Source: Sphagnum compactum (Eukaryota). Taken from it: 64,000 nt of DNA. The DNA is taken from contig OZ234493.1 in the NCBI GenBank assembly GCA_965153455.1, positions 310,001 to 374,000 on the forward strand, read 5' to 3'. Below are positions 1-14,900 of the stretch, piece by piece. Each line of letters opens with the position of its first letter. Positions within the stretch are counted from its first letter, which is position 1. The notes below the pieces were generated by a model. The model was not told where the DNA came from, did not search any database, and saw nothing but the letters and a program-made list of their open reading frames with translations. The position numbers and the translations under genes were made by a program.

Positions 1-111
1 TTGTGAGATGTTGTGCCATGATTGTCATTGGATACTTTGTTTCCAGTCTGGTATGGTTGCATTTGAACTGTTTCTGGTGTGACTCCTCTTGGTTTTACTG
101 TTGATTTGCAG

Positions 112-1094
112 AAGTAACCAAGAAAGCAGTAAGAGATGTAGCTGGTGCCAGTACAAGCAACTCGTCTATGATTGACCAGAAGCTTACATCCCACGAGATT
201 GATGAGGGAACAGGTCTGAGACATGAGCTATTGAAAGAGGCTCCATTGCTCTCATGGGGTGCCTTCTTGGACACTTGGGGTGGTAGTAGTGACATGCCGG
301 CGAATCAACGTGGCTTGCAGCTGGAGAATCACTGGGGTAAGGTGGATACGGAAGCAATCATTCCTGCTGACAAAATTGCAGAGTTGAATGTTCGCTCTAG
401 TTACTACAAGCCTGTGAAGACAGAGATTCAGCCATGCCTGGCACCATTGCGGAATGGAGGCCTCTGCCAAAGAAGGGATTTACATCGGTGTCCTCTTCAT
501 GGACCTATAGTACCTCGTGATAAGAATGGAGTTCCTGTTGGAGACAAATGCAAAAATGAGCAAGAGTCAGAAGAACACCACGTTGGTCAGATTAAGAACG
601 TGTTGCTGGATGGTAATAATGGTGCAAGCTCTAGTGCACCAAGAGCAAGCAAAGATGGGGATGATCTTGATCTTTCACTGGCATCACAAGCAGACATAGC
701 CACCCAAGCTATTGCAAATGTCAGAGAGAGAGATAAAGTTGACTTGAAGAGGAAAAGGGAAGAGCAAGCCAAGGCCAAACTGACACAATCTCGCAGAGAT
801 CGAGAGCACAATGAGGCAGTGCTGCGGTCAGCTGCCATTTCACACAGCAGGCAAGGGTTTGGTGAAGCAATCGGCGAGAATTTGGATGATCCATTCATGG
901 AAAATGAAGGTGGTTCTCGAGGGAAGAGGAGGAGGGCTAGGGGTGGGTTAGCTGCACTCCTGAAGAGAAAGCCCACAGCAAAAGACAGACTTGCACAGAG
1001 ACTTTTAAGTGGTCGAGTGAGAGATGCCACTATAAACCAACTCACAAGAGATGAGGATGCCAATTATAGGGAGGCTTTTCCTAATCAGTGGTAA
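112..1094 (+). CDS. UVSSA: UV-stimulated scaffold protein A homolog, terminal exon (5' exons lie outside the window)
   Basis: Acceptor tttgcAG at 110-111, then open frame to TAA at 1094. Contains KEAPLLSWGAFLDTWG, ENHWG, the Zn-finger-like CLAPLRNGGLCQRRDLHRCPLHGPIVPRD and the C-terminal YREAFPNQW typical of plant UVSSA. Confidence 0.9.
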
Positions 1095-4000
1095 AACGAT
1101 TGAGAAGAACATATCCATGTCTTGAGATGTCCCACGAGATTTCCCCACTGCTGCTAAGCTTCTGGTGAAACAGTTAGTTTTCTGTGGAACTAATGCTGGT
1201 TACATTGAAGATTTCTGTTCAGCAAGAAGTATTGAAGCTGTTCAAGATTATGTGAGCACTCCATGCTTCATCCTTTTTTCCTCTCTTGCCAATCAGTAAC
1301 AATTTTGGATGCCATTATACATTTGCAATTGATGTAAATCCAATTACCACTTGTAGGGTGCATACATAGATTCACTGTTTTTGCTGTGTTCTCTGTCACC
1401 AAAATGTCTTCAAGCTTCAGAGGGTTGCTATTGAGAATTTTTTTAGGGTGTACTTAACCCTAAAAATGAGATCACTGGGTACTTGTTTGTTGCAATACTG
1501 AGGATGTGCAGGTTGTCTGTTGAGCTATGATTGATCCCAGTGTGAATGGGTGACATGAGTAATCAGTTCAGCATGGAAGTCTCCAGAACCAAGAAAGCAA
1601 AGGTATGCCACTGTATAGGTTTCCTTCTTGATTTTTTATTTTTTCTTCTTGGGTTCCCTGTCATGACAATGAATTAGATTATTTGATTGCCACCTTGAGC
1701 AGCCGCCTAGTATCATTGTCAATTTGCATTAGTATAGTTCTCTTCAACATTGATCTTCTTGCCTTTGCCATCAAAATTTATGGTTCACAGGTGTTTGATT
1801 GGGTGGTATCTTGTTTGAGTGTGAGCATGAGCAAAGTCAAGGATTGATATTCATAACCATTTTCATAACACAAATTAGTTCAATGGAATTGAAAGTGAAT
1901 TGTGATAGTAGTGCCTTTTGGCCCTCTTGAGATAGGACCTTACTTTCAGAAGACAGTCTCTTAGGTAGAATGCAGTTGTTCAAGGTTTTCCATTTCTCTG
2001 TAATAAGTTGTCATTGATGTTTCAACTCACATCTTTTGTATGATACAAAGGGAGCAGTCAACTGACATGTTTCAAATCATGCAAATCAATTGCCGGTCAT
2101 AGAGCCTGTCCTAAAAGTTGCTCACAATCTGGTGTATGTGAAATACTTAAAGCTTGTTTTATTGACTGTGTCTTGGGTATTGTGTGGCATGCAGGGGGTG
2201 TCAAGTTCTCAAGCAAAGTCAATGGTGCAGCACAATGAACAGGTTGGCAGCGAGCAGCCGCAATACTATCAAAAGCACAAGTCTTTCAACAACATAATAT
2301 GATGGCCTACTTCAAAGATTTGCACTTGTATGCTTCTCTTCTACAATTGAAATTTGGACCTAAATTGGAGCTATATATCATTTTCAGCAGACCATATTTC
2401 CTCATTGCACCATCATTATGGTATATGTTCTGCATCAGATTTGGGAAGAATTCAAGACACATCAAAGAAGAATTCATTCCAAAGAATTCAGGTTACACAT
2501 CATGGTGCAACCTCTAGAAAGAGGTGGTCAAGTATTGGGGGAGTGCAAGCCAAGAACCAAGGGCCTTCGATTTTCTCATTCGCTCCAAAGAATCTCCCAA
2601 GTTAATGGACAACTTATAAGCACTAGTTCAAAGCTCAGCTTGAATTGTACAAACTTGTAAGTGAATTATGGGGTTAAGGGTTCAGGGTTTTGTGTTATGG
2701 CAAAACTCCCATCGGTTTGTAAGTTTTATAAAAAACTAATTACAATTCCAATATTCTCAAAGGATATTGAAAGCTTGAAAAAAATAGATATGGAAACATA
2801 GATACGTGTCAAACCATGTTTCATATCATGACCTATTTCACACCATATTGAGTTGTGACAAAAATAGAGCCTACAGAAAACAGGGGAGCTAACCCTGCTC
2901 ATAAACAGCCAGTGGAAGCACTTGGTCCTTTATGGCAGGTTCAAGCATCCAAATTTCGAACTAAGAACTTCTCTTTGTGGATCTAGAACTTCTCATCTAG
3001 AAGAAGCTTGAAGTTCTATGGAACATACCCATCCATCATTGCACACATAGTACATCGGATGTCACTCACACATTGGGTCAAGTTTGAGCCAATATTTTGT
3101 GCGCAAATACTACACCAATATATGTAGTTTCTTCCCTATGGACAGAGCCATCTCATATAGGGCAATATGGAAACAGAGCATCAGGGACTAACAGGTGTTA
3201 ACCATGAAGCATCCATCAAAACCCATATCCATATGACAATTGATAGAGAAAGAATAGAGAGAATGAAGAAAGACGATCACCATTCAACATAAATGCACAA
3301 GTAATGTGCCAGAACCCCATCTGTTAGTATGAGGAGGAGGTTGCAAAGGTCGAAACTGTCCACGAAAATGTTAGGGTTTGTGCACCCCTGAGTAGCAAAA
3401 TCAGAGAAGCATGTGTTAAGAAATTCCAATTCCTTGTTAAAACCTCCTTGCAATTTGCATGTCTTTTGCATGGACTACATGCAATTTTGCATGGACTACA
3501 TGCAAAATACATGCAACATTTAACTACTAGCTCACTATACCAACTCTCAAAAAACAACTCAAGGCGCCAATTTGAACAATCTCATTTGGCCACAATCTTC
3601 TTTCTTCACGCCTAGACACAAGCCAGAGAGGCTATTACATCATTTAAAGTGCCAGTTTACTTGAGTGAACTCCTCAAAACAATTCAAGGCTCCCATTCTA
3701 ATAATGTCCTTGGCCGCAGCATAGGCCCTTTTTCACCCTAGGCACAAGCCTATTTCACAAACCCTGTACATTTGTGTATATTTTCTACACATACACTATA
3801 ACTCTGGTCTCTGTATAACAGAGACCGTTTAAAAAGCAATGACAATAAGCTATAGAGAAAGGAAAGGATTTTTCACCTTCCTATAAAAGGCTATTTCAAT
3901 ATTCAAATTTGAGGAAGACACAAAAACGATCAATTGTCAAATTTAAAGACATGAACACTTCACTGAAACAGTAGCAGGAATATAAAAACCTTTGCTGCCT

Positions 4001-4338
4001 GTGAAGGAAAAACCAAAACCAATTTTAGATTACAGAAGACTGAAAGGAAAACGAACGAGGTGGGTTGATTTTTTATTTATTTATAATTCAAAATTTGTAA
4101 CCAAATCCTGATCTAAAGTGCACCAAATAAGCAGTTCTTAAAAATGCACACAATATACATGTTGGATCCTTTATAAGATTTGTGATTCGCACCATGTGTT
4201 ATACACCCAGATGTATTATACACAACTATGTCACCCAATGTGAAGCAAAGCGAGTTGCTTTGGAAAGGATTTCTCATCTTGATACGCATCCTGATTAGTT
4301 TCTTGAAGAGAAGGCAAAGTAAGTGACGTAACAGTAGA

Positions 4339-6822
4339 TTATGCCACTGTTGATGTCTTCCAACCTGATGTAATCCCTTGGAAAAAGCGCTCAGAAGACT
4401 TGAAAAAGTTGCTCAAAGAAGAGCTAACTTGCTCAGTACTTGGAGATTTTGAAGATTTTGAAGTGGAAGAAGATGTCTCTTTGACACCAAGAATTGGGTA
4501 GTTGCGCGTGATTGTCTCCACAGTCTTCTTGTCTACAGGATTTCCTGACGCATCAGCAACGTAGAATACATCCATGGCCTTGTCACCATGGGTGGAAACA
4601 TCGGCGCTGGTCACTGATAAACCATTCTCCCGAAAGATCCGTGTAACATCTGACAACAGTCCCACTCTGTCACTTGTGCAGAGCTCTAACCTCAGGCCCT
4701 GCAAAACAAAGCACACACAAACAAAATTTTTGTGTGAGATCACATTGGATGCAACAAAAACTCCTCATTCCAAGTGATGGTTTCACAAAGAATCCTCAAG
4801 CTTTGTACCTTTGAGGATCTGCGCTCAATCGCTGCCTCCAGGCACTTCTTGACTTGCTCCTCTGCATCTGGACTTAGAACTTGACCATCCATCTGGCGAA
4901 TATGAAATTCCTGGAAAATGACCCACAATGCTAGATCAAAACTTGGGTCTTTTAGAATTGTTGTTACTGCTGTTTTCCCTCATAATAATTCCTTCACTTT
5001 CAACTGCTTGCAGTGCATAATTAAGATGAATTCAAGGAACCTAAACCCAACAAAGAAATCCACAAAGAAAAAACACAACAAGCTGAATATATAAGCTTTG
5101 CAGGTGCTGACGTGCAAAACTAATTTGTCTCACGGGTCTGAGCTTCAGAAATGTGAGTTGGTTTTTTCCTTTGAAAGTGCTATACTTCATACTTTTGTTG
5201 AGATTTGCTTTCACCTTTGAAGAGGAAAAAGGGGGAGCAGGGAAGATTTCTCTACCTGGACTGCCCATGGACCACTGGCAGGTTCCAGGGTTGCAGTTGC
5301 ATGGAAGACCACATATTGCATATCAGTTAAAGTGCAAACAGTGTCAAAAAGAAGCTTTGGACGGTCTATACACCGGACATTTATAACAGAGTAGCCTCGT
5401 TCACGGGAAGTTTGAACTGTGATTGTCGGCTTGTCTTTTGCAGCTATGGGCTTGGACCTTTCAAGCTGCTCACTATCTTCATAATCTTTGTCAGCAAGCA
5501 TCAGCTGATGTAAACGTCTTTCAGTATGTGTGGCACCTTCAGCCACATTAGTTCGTGCAACTCTTGTCTCATCATTGTCACCTTGCATTACAAGGTGAAG
5601 CTTCTCTTTGATGGCCACCAGCTTCTTCACATTGTGTATGGGGCCAGACGTGTCTTCATCTGTTATGTAAACCATGCACGCAACTCTTCTGTTGTGTGTC
5701 CAAAATTCTGAAGCATGAACCCTGCAATTCATTTCTGTGAGGACTGCAAAAATCTCAGAGAGAAGCCCAGGTCTCTCTGTCCCTGTAAGCTCTATGACAG
5801 TGTGCTCAGCAATAGAGCCAGCTCCCATAAACTTCCCAGCAGCACACCTTGAAAGCTCAGCTGACACTTTGCTCTTCCTTGTTACCAAAGCCTGCAACCG
5901 AAAAAAAAAAGGAAAGTTCAAACAAGAGTATAACCAGTCTTGGAAACAGTAAAAAACACTCAATGATTAGATATGGAAACACACCTTGTTCTGCATGACC
6001 TTGACTCGCTGAAAAGCTAGAGAAATGCTTGGAACTTCAAAAATGGATTCAGTTAACTAAAGAAGAAGTTGACCTTATGGATGTTTTCCAGGACATCTGC
6101 TTCCCAAATCTTGTTCCCTTGTTGGTCTGTGACATGAAACACTGGACCCCAAAGGATGGGACATGTCAGATGGGAAAAGCACATGCCACAAAGTTAAAGC
6201 ATTCAAGAACCGAACAAAGTTTGATGTTATTTCCAAAACGCAGCAAGAGATTTTCATTCTCACCATCCATGAACCATCCACCATCAGATGCAATATATGC
6301 CTTTGAGATACTCAAATCAAGATCTGTCAGCTCTTGAACAACCTCAAGCAGAATCCCATGCTTGTTTGCACTGTTCACCTGTGTGGGCAGAATCAATCAA
6401 TCAATCAGAACTCAGATAACCTCGCATTGTTCAACTATTTTTCTATCAGAGGAATTCAGCAGTACATCTTCTGTTGCAAAACATCTTCTTGTACAAAGTT
6501 AGTACCTTCACAAGAGTTGCATCAGCATGAGAGTCGTTGTCAATCACTACCCTGCACAAGCAAGAAATGTTTGATGCACTTCACCAAAATTCTGATATGA
6601 GTGTCACATGCAATGTTTATCATATGTGCAACATCTACTCAAAAATGATTTTGCGAAGAAGACACAGAGATCAGAATACAGAGAAGGACAGTGAGTCTCC
6701 AACAATGCAAGACATAAATTCACATATACATACCGAGGTGGGTTGATTCGTGAGCTCAATGATTCATAATCAGGGTCAAAGTAAGGCCAGCTTGCGGCAC
6801 GCATTGGTGGAAGAGCAGACAT
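4339..6822 (-). CDS. ACR: ACT domain repeat (ACR) protein, four ACT domains, 7 coding exons
   Basis: Exons 6822-6734, 6551-6506, 6378-6264, 6141-6074, 5891-5256, 4910-4809, 4698-4339 with GT-AG ends and consistent phases. Motifs [101 protein letters not shown]. Confidence 0.93.
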
Positions 6823-9162
6823 ATTTTTCGGACACCTACAAAACAAAGCCTTTCAGTGATTTCATATGTTACACAGCCAAATTCTTGTTTCTTCAGGTGT
6901 GTGCTGACAGTCAAATTGACGTATGAGAATTGAATCAAAAGGATGTCTAGCAAGTTGCCAAAGTATTATTACAAGAATATAAACCTCTGTCATCAAGACA
7001 AATATCAACCAGATTACAGAGAACAGAAACTCCATGAAAACCCATTTGAATGTAACAACTGTGTTGTCAGATTTCTGGCCAAATGCAACAACCAACATGA
7101 TAAAGAAATGAGCCATAACCTTGTGAGTGTTTTTTTTCACTCACAAAATTATCAGGCCTTCATCACCTTCCATCACTTTCATCATGAATGTGGCAGCAAC
7201 TTGCAACCATTATTTTTCTATCATCAAAAGATGCATGAAGGTATTCCACGATTCCGTATGGTGATCTCTTCAGTGGCCAGGCAAGGTTAAGAATTAAAAC
7301 ATAAGAGTGACCCAAATGATGCACATATGATGTGGAATGATCCATCATCATCCTTTCATTTTGAAGTGGACCATGAGACAGACAAGGTGCAAGGGAAGAA
7401 ACATCTCTCATAAGACTTGAGAAATCTCCAAGGGAAGAAAGAAAGCACAAAAGAAATTTCATTGCAGCAGTCATGACATGACAACTGCACCTCTGAAGAA
7501 TTGAGGCAGGACACAAAACCATGATCTGTCTGTCATATCAAAAGACACATATTCAACCACTACGAAAGAGATCATCTCTTGATAGAGAGAAAACAAAATT
7601 GTCAAGAAAAGAAAAGAAAAGGACAGCCAAGGAGGAGTGCCAAAACAAAATACACAAGCTCAGAGTCCAGAGTCCAGACCACCACCCAACAACCTAACCA
7701 GTGAGCATCCTTCAACTCTTCAAGAAAACAAGGTACCCATAAAACCCCTTTGTGTGTATGTGTGTGTGTGTGTCTGTGTTTGTCTCTCTCTCTCATGTCA
7801 GAACTCAAACCAGAAACAAAGCAGGAAACATGAACTGAAAGGCATTGTGAAAGAGAATACCTTAGTTAGAGGTACCTTCTCTGTTCACAGATTCGTGTGC
7901 AAAGACACTCCGACTGCGTCAAAAGACGCCCTTCCTTCTTTCCTTCCTTCCTCTTCTTCTTCTCCACCCACAGCAGCAAAACCAACAAAAGAATTTTGCT
8001 ACTTGCAAGCACCCATTTACCAACGAAGCCGAATCTCCTACCAAAAAAAAAACTCTTCTCAAAAACTTCTATGACAGAATTCACAGAGAAAAAACAGCAA
8101 CCAACCACCAAGAGTGAACACTAGTTTATGCGAGAAATAAAATTCTTCTTCCTCCGCCTTGCAACACCTCCTCTTCCTCCAACAACTTCGGTTGCTGTGT
8201 GTCTGTGTCTCTTCAACAACAAAAGCAATCGAACACGGCGGAAACACAAGCATCCACTGCGGCAAAATTATTGAAAAGGGCAACAAAACAACAATAATCA
8301 ACAACAAAGAGGGGGGAGGAACAGCATCAGTAGCTCTTCTGACTCTGAAAAACTCATCCTCCCGGATTCCCGGAGGCGGCGAATTCTCAAGATTCCTCCA
8401 GATTCCTTGGCTCCTTCCTCCTGGGAAGGAGACAAACCGCGATTTCGTGCCAAGAATGAGGGGACAATTCTACTGTCCAGAATCGGTAGGGGAAACCGAC
8501 CATTCTAGCATTATCAAAAGACAGGGTTGAAATTCTCAGCAGAATATGTATGTAGCAGCTAGCTATCTTACTTTAGTGCAGTCTAGTTTCTAAAATATCC
8601 CTCTTTTATTTAACTAACTTTAAGTCAAGTATCTCATAATTCCAAAAGTTAAGTGCATGAAACACAAATATTCAAGATAAAAATAACTTATAGAACGTTG
8701 TCATCCAACAATAATACAATTAGGATTATTTTCAAATAAAAATTATAAGATAATTTTGAAAACTTTCCCCCAAAAATGGGGAAAAAAGGTTGAATTTACA
8801 CCTTTTTTTAAAAAAGCATTTCAAAAAAAATCCCTATTTTTAGGTCCAAAAAACTACAAAATTTGTTAAAAATAGAAACACCTTGGTAGTACGTTGTCAG
8901 CTTTGACACTAACTATATTGTTTTGAGAAATGTTGCAATTTTCAAAACAAAAAATCACAGAGCAAAAGTTTGTGAAGGAAAGTGAAAAACATCTTAGAAT
9001 ATTATATTTTTCAACATGAAACTTCAAATTCAATTTAATGCACCAAATTCAACAAGCAACCAATCATTCAGTGCTTGGGTTACATATTGATTTTCTGTGG
9101 AAGCCTGGTTCCAATTTAATCACAATTTATGAATAAGGGTAAGTGTAAGGGTACATTATTTA

Positions 9163-9429
9163 GGAGTCAAACGATAATTTTTCATCCATCAACTTTAACC
9201 CATTATCAGGAGTCCAACGATAATTCATCCATCAACTTTGAACCCATTATCAGGAGTCCAACGATAATTCATCCATCCATCAACTTTAACCCATTATCAG
9301 GAGTCCAACAATAATTCATCCATCAACTTTAACCCATTATCAGGAGTCCAACGATAATTCATCCATCAACTTTGAACCCATTATCAGGAGTCCAACGATA
9401 ATTCATCCATCACCTTCAAACACATTATT
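9163..9429. repeat. Minisatellite, 6 copies of a ~43-47 bp unit
   Basis: Unit GGAGTCCAACGATAATTCATCCATCAACTTT(G)AACCCATTATCA starts at 9163, 9209, 9253, 9300, 9343, 9387. Confidence 0.95.
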
Positions 9430-11940
9430 ATTGGGGCAAGTCCATTATATGTAGGAGACACTATTTAGACCAGTAGGTGTGAAATTCTCTTTTGGAGCGA
9501 AAACAAAAAGTGTAACATGTAATGGCCATTGGGAGGACCCAGCCAAGTTGTAGGTTGCCACTAGCCCGGGTCTGAACAAGGCATAATTATCTGATTGTGC
9601 AACATGGTTTAAGCACTTGCCCAACCATAGACGATGATCATAGCACCAATGGCAAGTTCAACAATTTAGTGTTAATACATGAGTTCCATGTCTAAAAACA
9701 GAATATTGTGGAGTTTTTTCCTGCACTTCATTGAGCGAGAGACCAATTTTTTTCTGTACACCAGTACCAACAATTTGTTATCAATCACCAATTCAATATG
9801 AAACAATTCTATTTAAAGGTGTTTCTAAAAGTCACAAATTGCTAATCATATTTAGTGTACATTAGAAGATTTTTGCATCATCATAATGACCTTGGCAGAT
9901 GTGTATAGTGTATTTTCAAGGCGTCTTACAAGACAGCAATTTCCTCATCAGCCTGGAGCACAAGGTTTCCTGTAAGGAAATAGGAAATTTTCTCATTAAA
10001 TCTGGGCATGAAATGCTGAAACTCAGCATTTAATGCACAAGGTTTGAGAGTAATTATAGTACTTGTACAGGCAGGAGCACTGAAAATATATGTAGCAGCA
10101 ATGGAGGCGCTCAGGAAAAAGGAAACACAGGATGAAACTCAGTTTACGACCAAAATTGGTGGAAAAACTAGTAAGCGAGTATGGGTTGTCGTTATTATGC
10201 AGGAAAAGTTTGTGTAAATGCATCTGGGCCCTTAGCCATTATGCAGGAAAAAGGCACTAATAGTAGTGCCTTCCCTTATTATACATACTACACATTTCAT
10301 CTGAAATTTAATATGAAATGGTGTTTATTCCTTCAAAGTGAAGATGCTTTTTAAGATCTATATAAGTTGCGCACAAGAGACAACAATCTCCAAAATGGGT
10401 CATAACTTATGAGAAAAAATTGATTGTTTTTTTTTTATTGGTCTAGATTATGATTGATAACATTTAAATAAATTCTCGTGTTTTTATTGTTCAAGTATTC
10501 ATGTTTATTGGTGAGGATGAGAAAATAATCAACACTCCAATGGGAAGATGCATTTGGTTATAATATTGTCCATGGGACCAAGCCTGCGAAAGTTGTGGGA
10601 AGTTGGCATAAGTGTAACATTAATGCAATGTGCACAAATTTGTCACATGAGTGCTTGAAATTATTTTGCTTGAAATACAAGCAAGAGGGATATATGTATG
10701 TATCTTTCAGTGTGCTGCAGTAGTAACCCTTTGAATTTTAAAACAACCATGTACCCATCAGTGTGATGCTTTTATTTGAATCTTTAAAGACCCGTGTGTT
10801 TTGTTGAGTGTGGCATGATTATTTGAATTTTTAAAAGAACCACCAGTTCCAGTTTTTAATATACTCCAAGTCAATGTTTCCAGTCCTTCCCCCAGAACCA
10901 CCGCCTCCAGTTCTTTTGGGAAAAGTTCAAGATCAAAGAACCACAGCTTGCATTTATTTAAAAAGCCCTAAAGAACCTGGGGTTTTTTTTTAATGATAGA
11001 ACTGGTACAAAACAAAACCGACAGTTTTATGGCCAAGCTTAGAAAAACATTCGAGGATTTTCCCAAAAACTGAAATACTTTCATTGAAAAGTATAATTAG
11101 CTGAATAATGTTAAAGCCATTACCCATTCTTTACTCACACAAACAGGGTATATAGTTGTGAGCACCACCCAGACCACCAACTTTATCAATCCTCTTTATA
11201 CCCCAATATGACCCAGATGGAAGTTAGAACTAGCTATACGAGGTAATGACATACCCTTACAAGTTAACCCATGGATGTTTAACATATTGGATATCTTCGC
11301 AAAAACCAACCCAGATAACCACGAAACACTGACACATTCGCAATCAACACCACTGCTATTTTTAGGTTAAGTTGTCTTTATTTCCATCATGGCCATGGAT
11401 TGATTGGAGGATTGATTGGAGTATTCTTTACAATGAAAACATTGACTACATAACAGGATGAAAGCATCCACTAGAGCGACAACGAGAGAGAGGCAAATAT
11501 CCTAATAATTAATTAGGCATTAACCAACAAGGATCATCAGCACCACGATCAGGATCATCCCAAATATGAGAAAAGGATCCCAGAACCCCCAGAATGATAG
11601 CATTCAACAGTGTCGAATACTATTGAACAGTTACACATTCGACACTGTTCAAGAACTACCGATGCAAGAATGACAAGTGGTCCAGAGCAAACCAACAGCC
11701 ACCAATGCACCATCGATTGGAAGCCCGTTATGACACAGTTGCGTATGGATGAACCCAAACCGAGTTGATGTCAGCTTTCAGTGTCATAACCTATTGTGTA
11801 AAGGGAAGATCCTGTATGTAGGTAGGTAGGAGAAAACATGAATACAAGTAGATGCATGTAGATATTTAGTACATAGGTAAGGGCAGGTGGGTTTGTTAGT
11901 AGGTAGGTAGTAAAAACAGCAGCTGAGATAACCACCATAG

Positions 11941-14900
11941 TTATCTGGAACCTGATGGAAAAGTGTTCCCCGTCCACCCATCATCCATCCCTTGTGGTGG
12001 GCTGGTGAATGTTGGTTCACTCTGGCCTTTTGTTTTCAAACCATCAATTTCACAGGGCAGAGCTCTGTGAATTTGGAGTGTTTTACAGTTTCATAAGCAG
12101 CATGTTCATGCGAAGGGGATGTTGCCGACTTTACAATAGAATGCTGGAATGCTGATATTGGGAAGGAAGACAAAGCCTAAGAATTGAATATGTATATGTA
12201 TATATTTTACAATGGCATATGTAAAAATACAAATTGATAATTACAGCAGAAGAATATGCAAAAAGCTGCACATGTGAAACTCAACCCAACATAAGAAGAG
12301 CAACAGAGACAATCCATTGAAGCCTAGTAGAACTCAATTACAACAGAATTTCAACTCAAGAATCTCTCACCTGCAAGTTGCACCAAACCTCCACTCCCAA
12401 TCCTGTGCATTGACAATTTTGGACCTTGTTGTGAATACTGGTTCCTGCAAGAGGCCATGATCAAAATCTACACACATGAATCCAGGAATCACAATGACAA
12501 TGTGTTTGTTGCATTTTGCTAGAGTCATTGAATGGGATGCATCTCAGCTTGAGTGACAAATGTTCTCCCAATGGTACAATGTTCAGAAGACATTTTGCAG
12601 AGTTAAGAGTACAAAAGGAGATTTCCGTACTTCTGTTGCAAGAGCAAGAGGTCAAGCACAGTACCTGTTAAAATCATCTCTGATGGGAGTTTCAACATGA
12701 CTTTCAGATTCTTGCATGTCATTGTTCATCACCATTCTATCCCCCAGCAGATGGAGGTTGTTCATGGTGGTGCTATATTTAGGGCTTTTGCTCATCCCCA
12801 GTTGAGATGGTACTGGAAACATCGAGTTCGCTTGGGCAAGCTGCTTGAGCCTTGTATTTGCCAGCTTCCCTGCTAACTCTCCATCACCTACCTGTGTCAC
12901 TCAATATTACACCCCGCCCATTAGTCATCCTCTCCTTTTCCTTCTCATCCATGAAGGATGTGAAGAAAGTTCACAGGAGACTTGCATCTTATCAACTCTC
13001 ATAAAAATGACACCCTCCTGAACAAACAAGGGGTAATAGGGCAGATGGGCTACTTTGTTACTAGCAGCCAAGGCAATATCACGTGCAGTGACAGTATGTG
13101 TCACATAGTCATGCACTTGAGAGTGACGCTGCACTTTAACCTCTTCCTCAAGTGCAACCTTCTCCTCCTTTAACTTGTTCATCTCCACCAACAGTTGGTT
13201 TACTGTGTTCATCAGATCCATCTTCTCTGCTGCGATTCGCCCCCCTCTTGGCTGCCTAACCAAAAACTGAACCACAAGACACTGTTTCAGCAACACAATT
13301 TTTTCAACTTTCATTTTCATGTGAAGGCCAAGGGTGGCAATCTGAACAACCTTCAAAAGTTGAGAAGAGCAATTCTTTAGTTACGCACTCAAACATTTCT
13401 GATCTTTTGAACTACATAGCACAGGCAGAAGTCATTTAGAGACCACAGGAATGATTACTCAAAGCAGAATTTACGGAGTGCCCTAAGAGGTGTTATACCT
13501 TCTGATTGAGTTTCAATGTCTCAAGTTCAGTCTTCATCCTCTCATTCTCCTGCATCATTTTCCAATGACGGATTAGTCTCTGGTAGACAATAAGCTAAGC
13601 CTTAAAGATAAAAAGTGAGAATGCCATGAAAAATGGGCAGAAATTTTGAGGACTGTTCAAATAGCACCTTGCGCAAATTGAAGAGTTGTGACACCAGTTG
13701 TGAGCGGGCAGAGGTTTCATCCTTTAGGCTGGCTTCCAGCATGGTCCGTGAGCTCTGCAGTGACATGAGATTGGTTCGCAATGTTGCACACTCTTTCTGG
13801 ACCTCTATGAATTGAGTCTGGTTTGCCACCTCCTCTGCCTCATATTTCTTCAATTTTTCCTTCAATTGCTTGACTTCTGCATTGAACAAATCCTGTTGCC
13901 AACCAATGCCCACATTTGTGATCCTTGTTTGGTCATCAAGTGAAAACCATGCAAACAGTCAATGAACAAGAATTAAAAGACTTTATTGATGGAACAACAG
14001 CATGATATAAAATTAGGCTTGTAGTACATAGGTAATAACTTGTGTTGCAAGATTAAGGGGTGGTGCTTTTAAAGCCTCTCATTTATACCAATGTACTTAC
14101 AAATAATGTTCAAAATTAATTAATTCTAAAGAAGGCCAACTAAAAGAAAGAAAAATCTTAACCAAAATTTTAGGGAATTGAATTCAACACCTTCCCCAAA
14201 TAATAATGATCAAAAATTTGAGATATTCCAGTAACAAGATTAACAATTAAGAAACTTAGCATACTTATTACTTATTGTCAAAATTTTGGAATATTCAGAT
14301 TAGGGCTATTGGACCACTTTTTTCAAAAACATTAATTATTTTGACAAAGATTTGTCAATTATTCTTTGTGCTTAAAGAAGCTTGGAGCTGGACATGTACC
14401 TGCAATAGGTGCAGTTCTTGCCGCAGCATGGTTTTCTCATATGCTATGTCATCATTTGCAGTGCTAGGAGGATTGGGATGCTGTTGGGCTATGCTTGTCA
14501 GCTCTGCTTGCTTCTGTCGAGTTACCTGCAGTTCGGCTCTCAGTTCCTCATTTTCTTGCTTCAGCTGTTCCAGCCACAAAAATGTAACTGAAATTAGTAG
14601 CCACCTTCTACTCTGATAGGCATAAAATACACCACTTCTGATACAAGAATAGGCCTGCATAAAGTCTGAGCCAACACACCTCTTGTCTTCTGATGAACAA
14701 GACCTGAAATAAGGAGTGGATTCTACAACAGTTGAGAGGATAAAGCTTCTCTGACCTTGCCACGAATAAGCACAAGTGTGTCATTCTTGGCATCCACAAT
14801 CACTCGCAGTAATTGAAGTCCAGTTTGCAGTCTTGCTAACTGCCATCATCAGTATCACACATAAGTACAGTCACAATGTCCTTACATTCACCTATTGAAA

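Noticed and set aside
587..1063. 158-aa antisense ORF and similar shadow ORFs over ACR, CBP60 and PPR
   Set aside because: They are opposite-strand shadows of real exons with no independent protein signature.
2299..2660. Overlapping short ORFs that may be a decayed retroelement or gene fragment
   Set aside because: No motif I can assign with confidence.
7163..8530. ORFs of 100-145 aa upstream of ACR
   Set aside because: Low-complexity leader, intron or promoter sequence with no domain; uORF status cannot be supported without transcripts.
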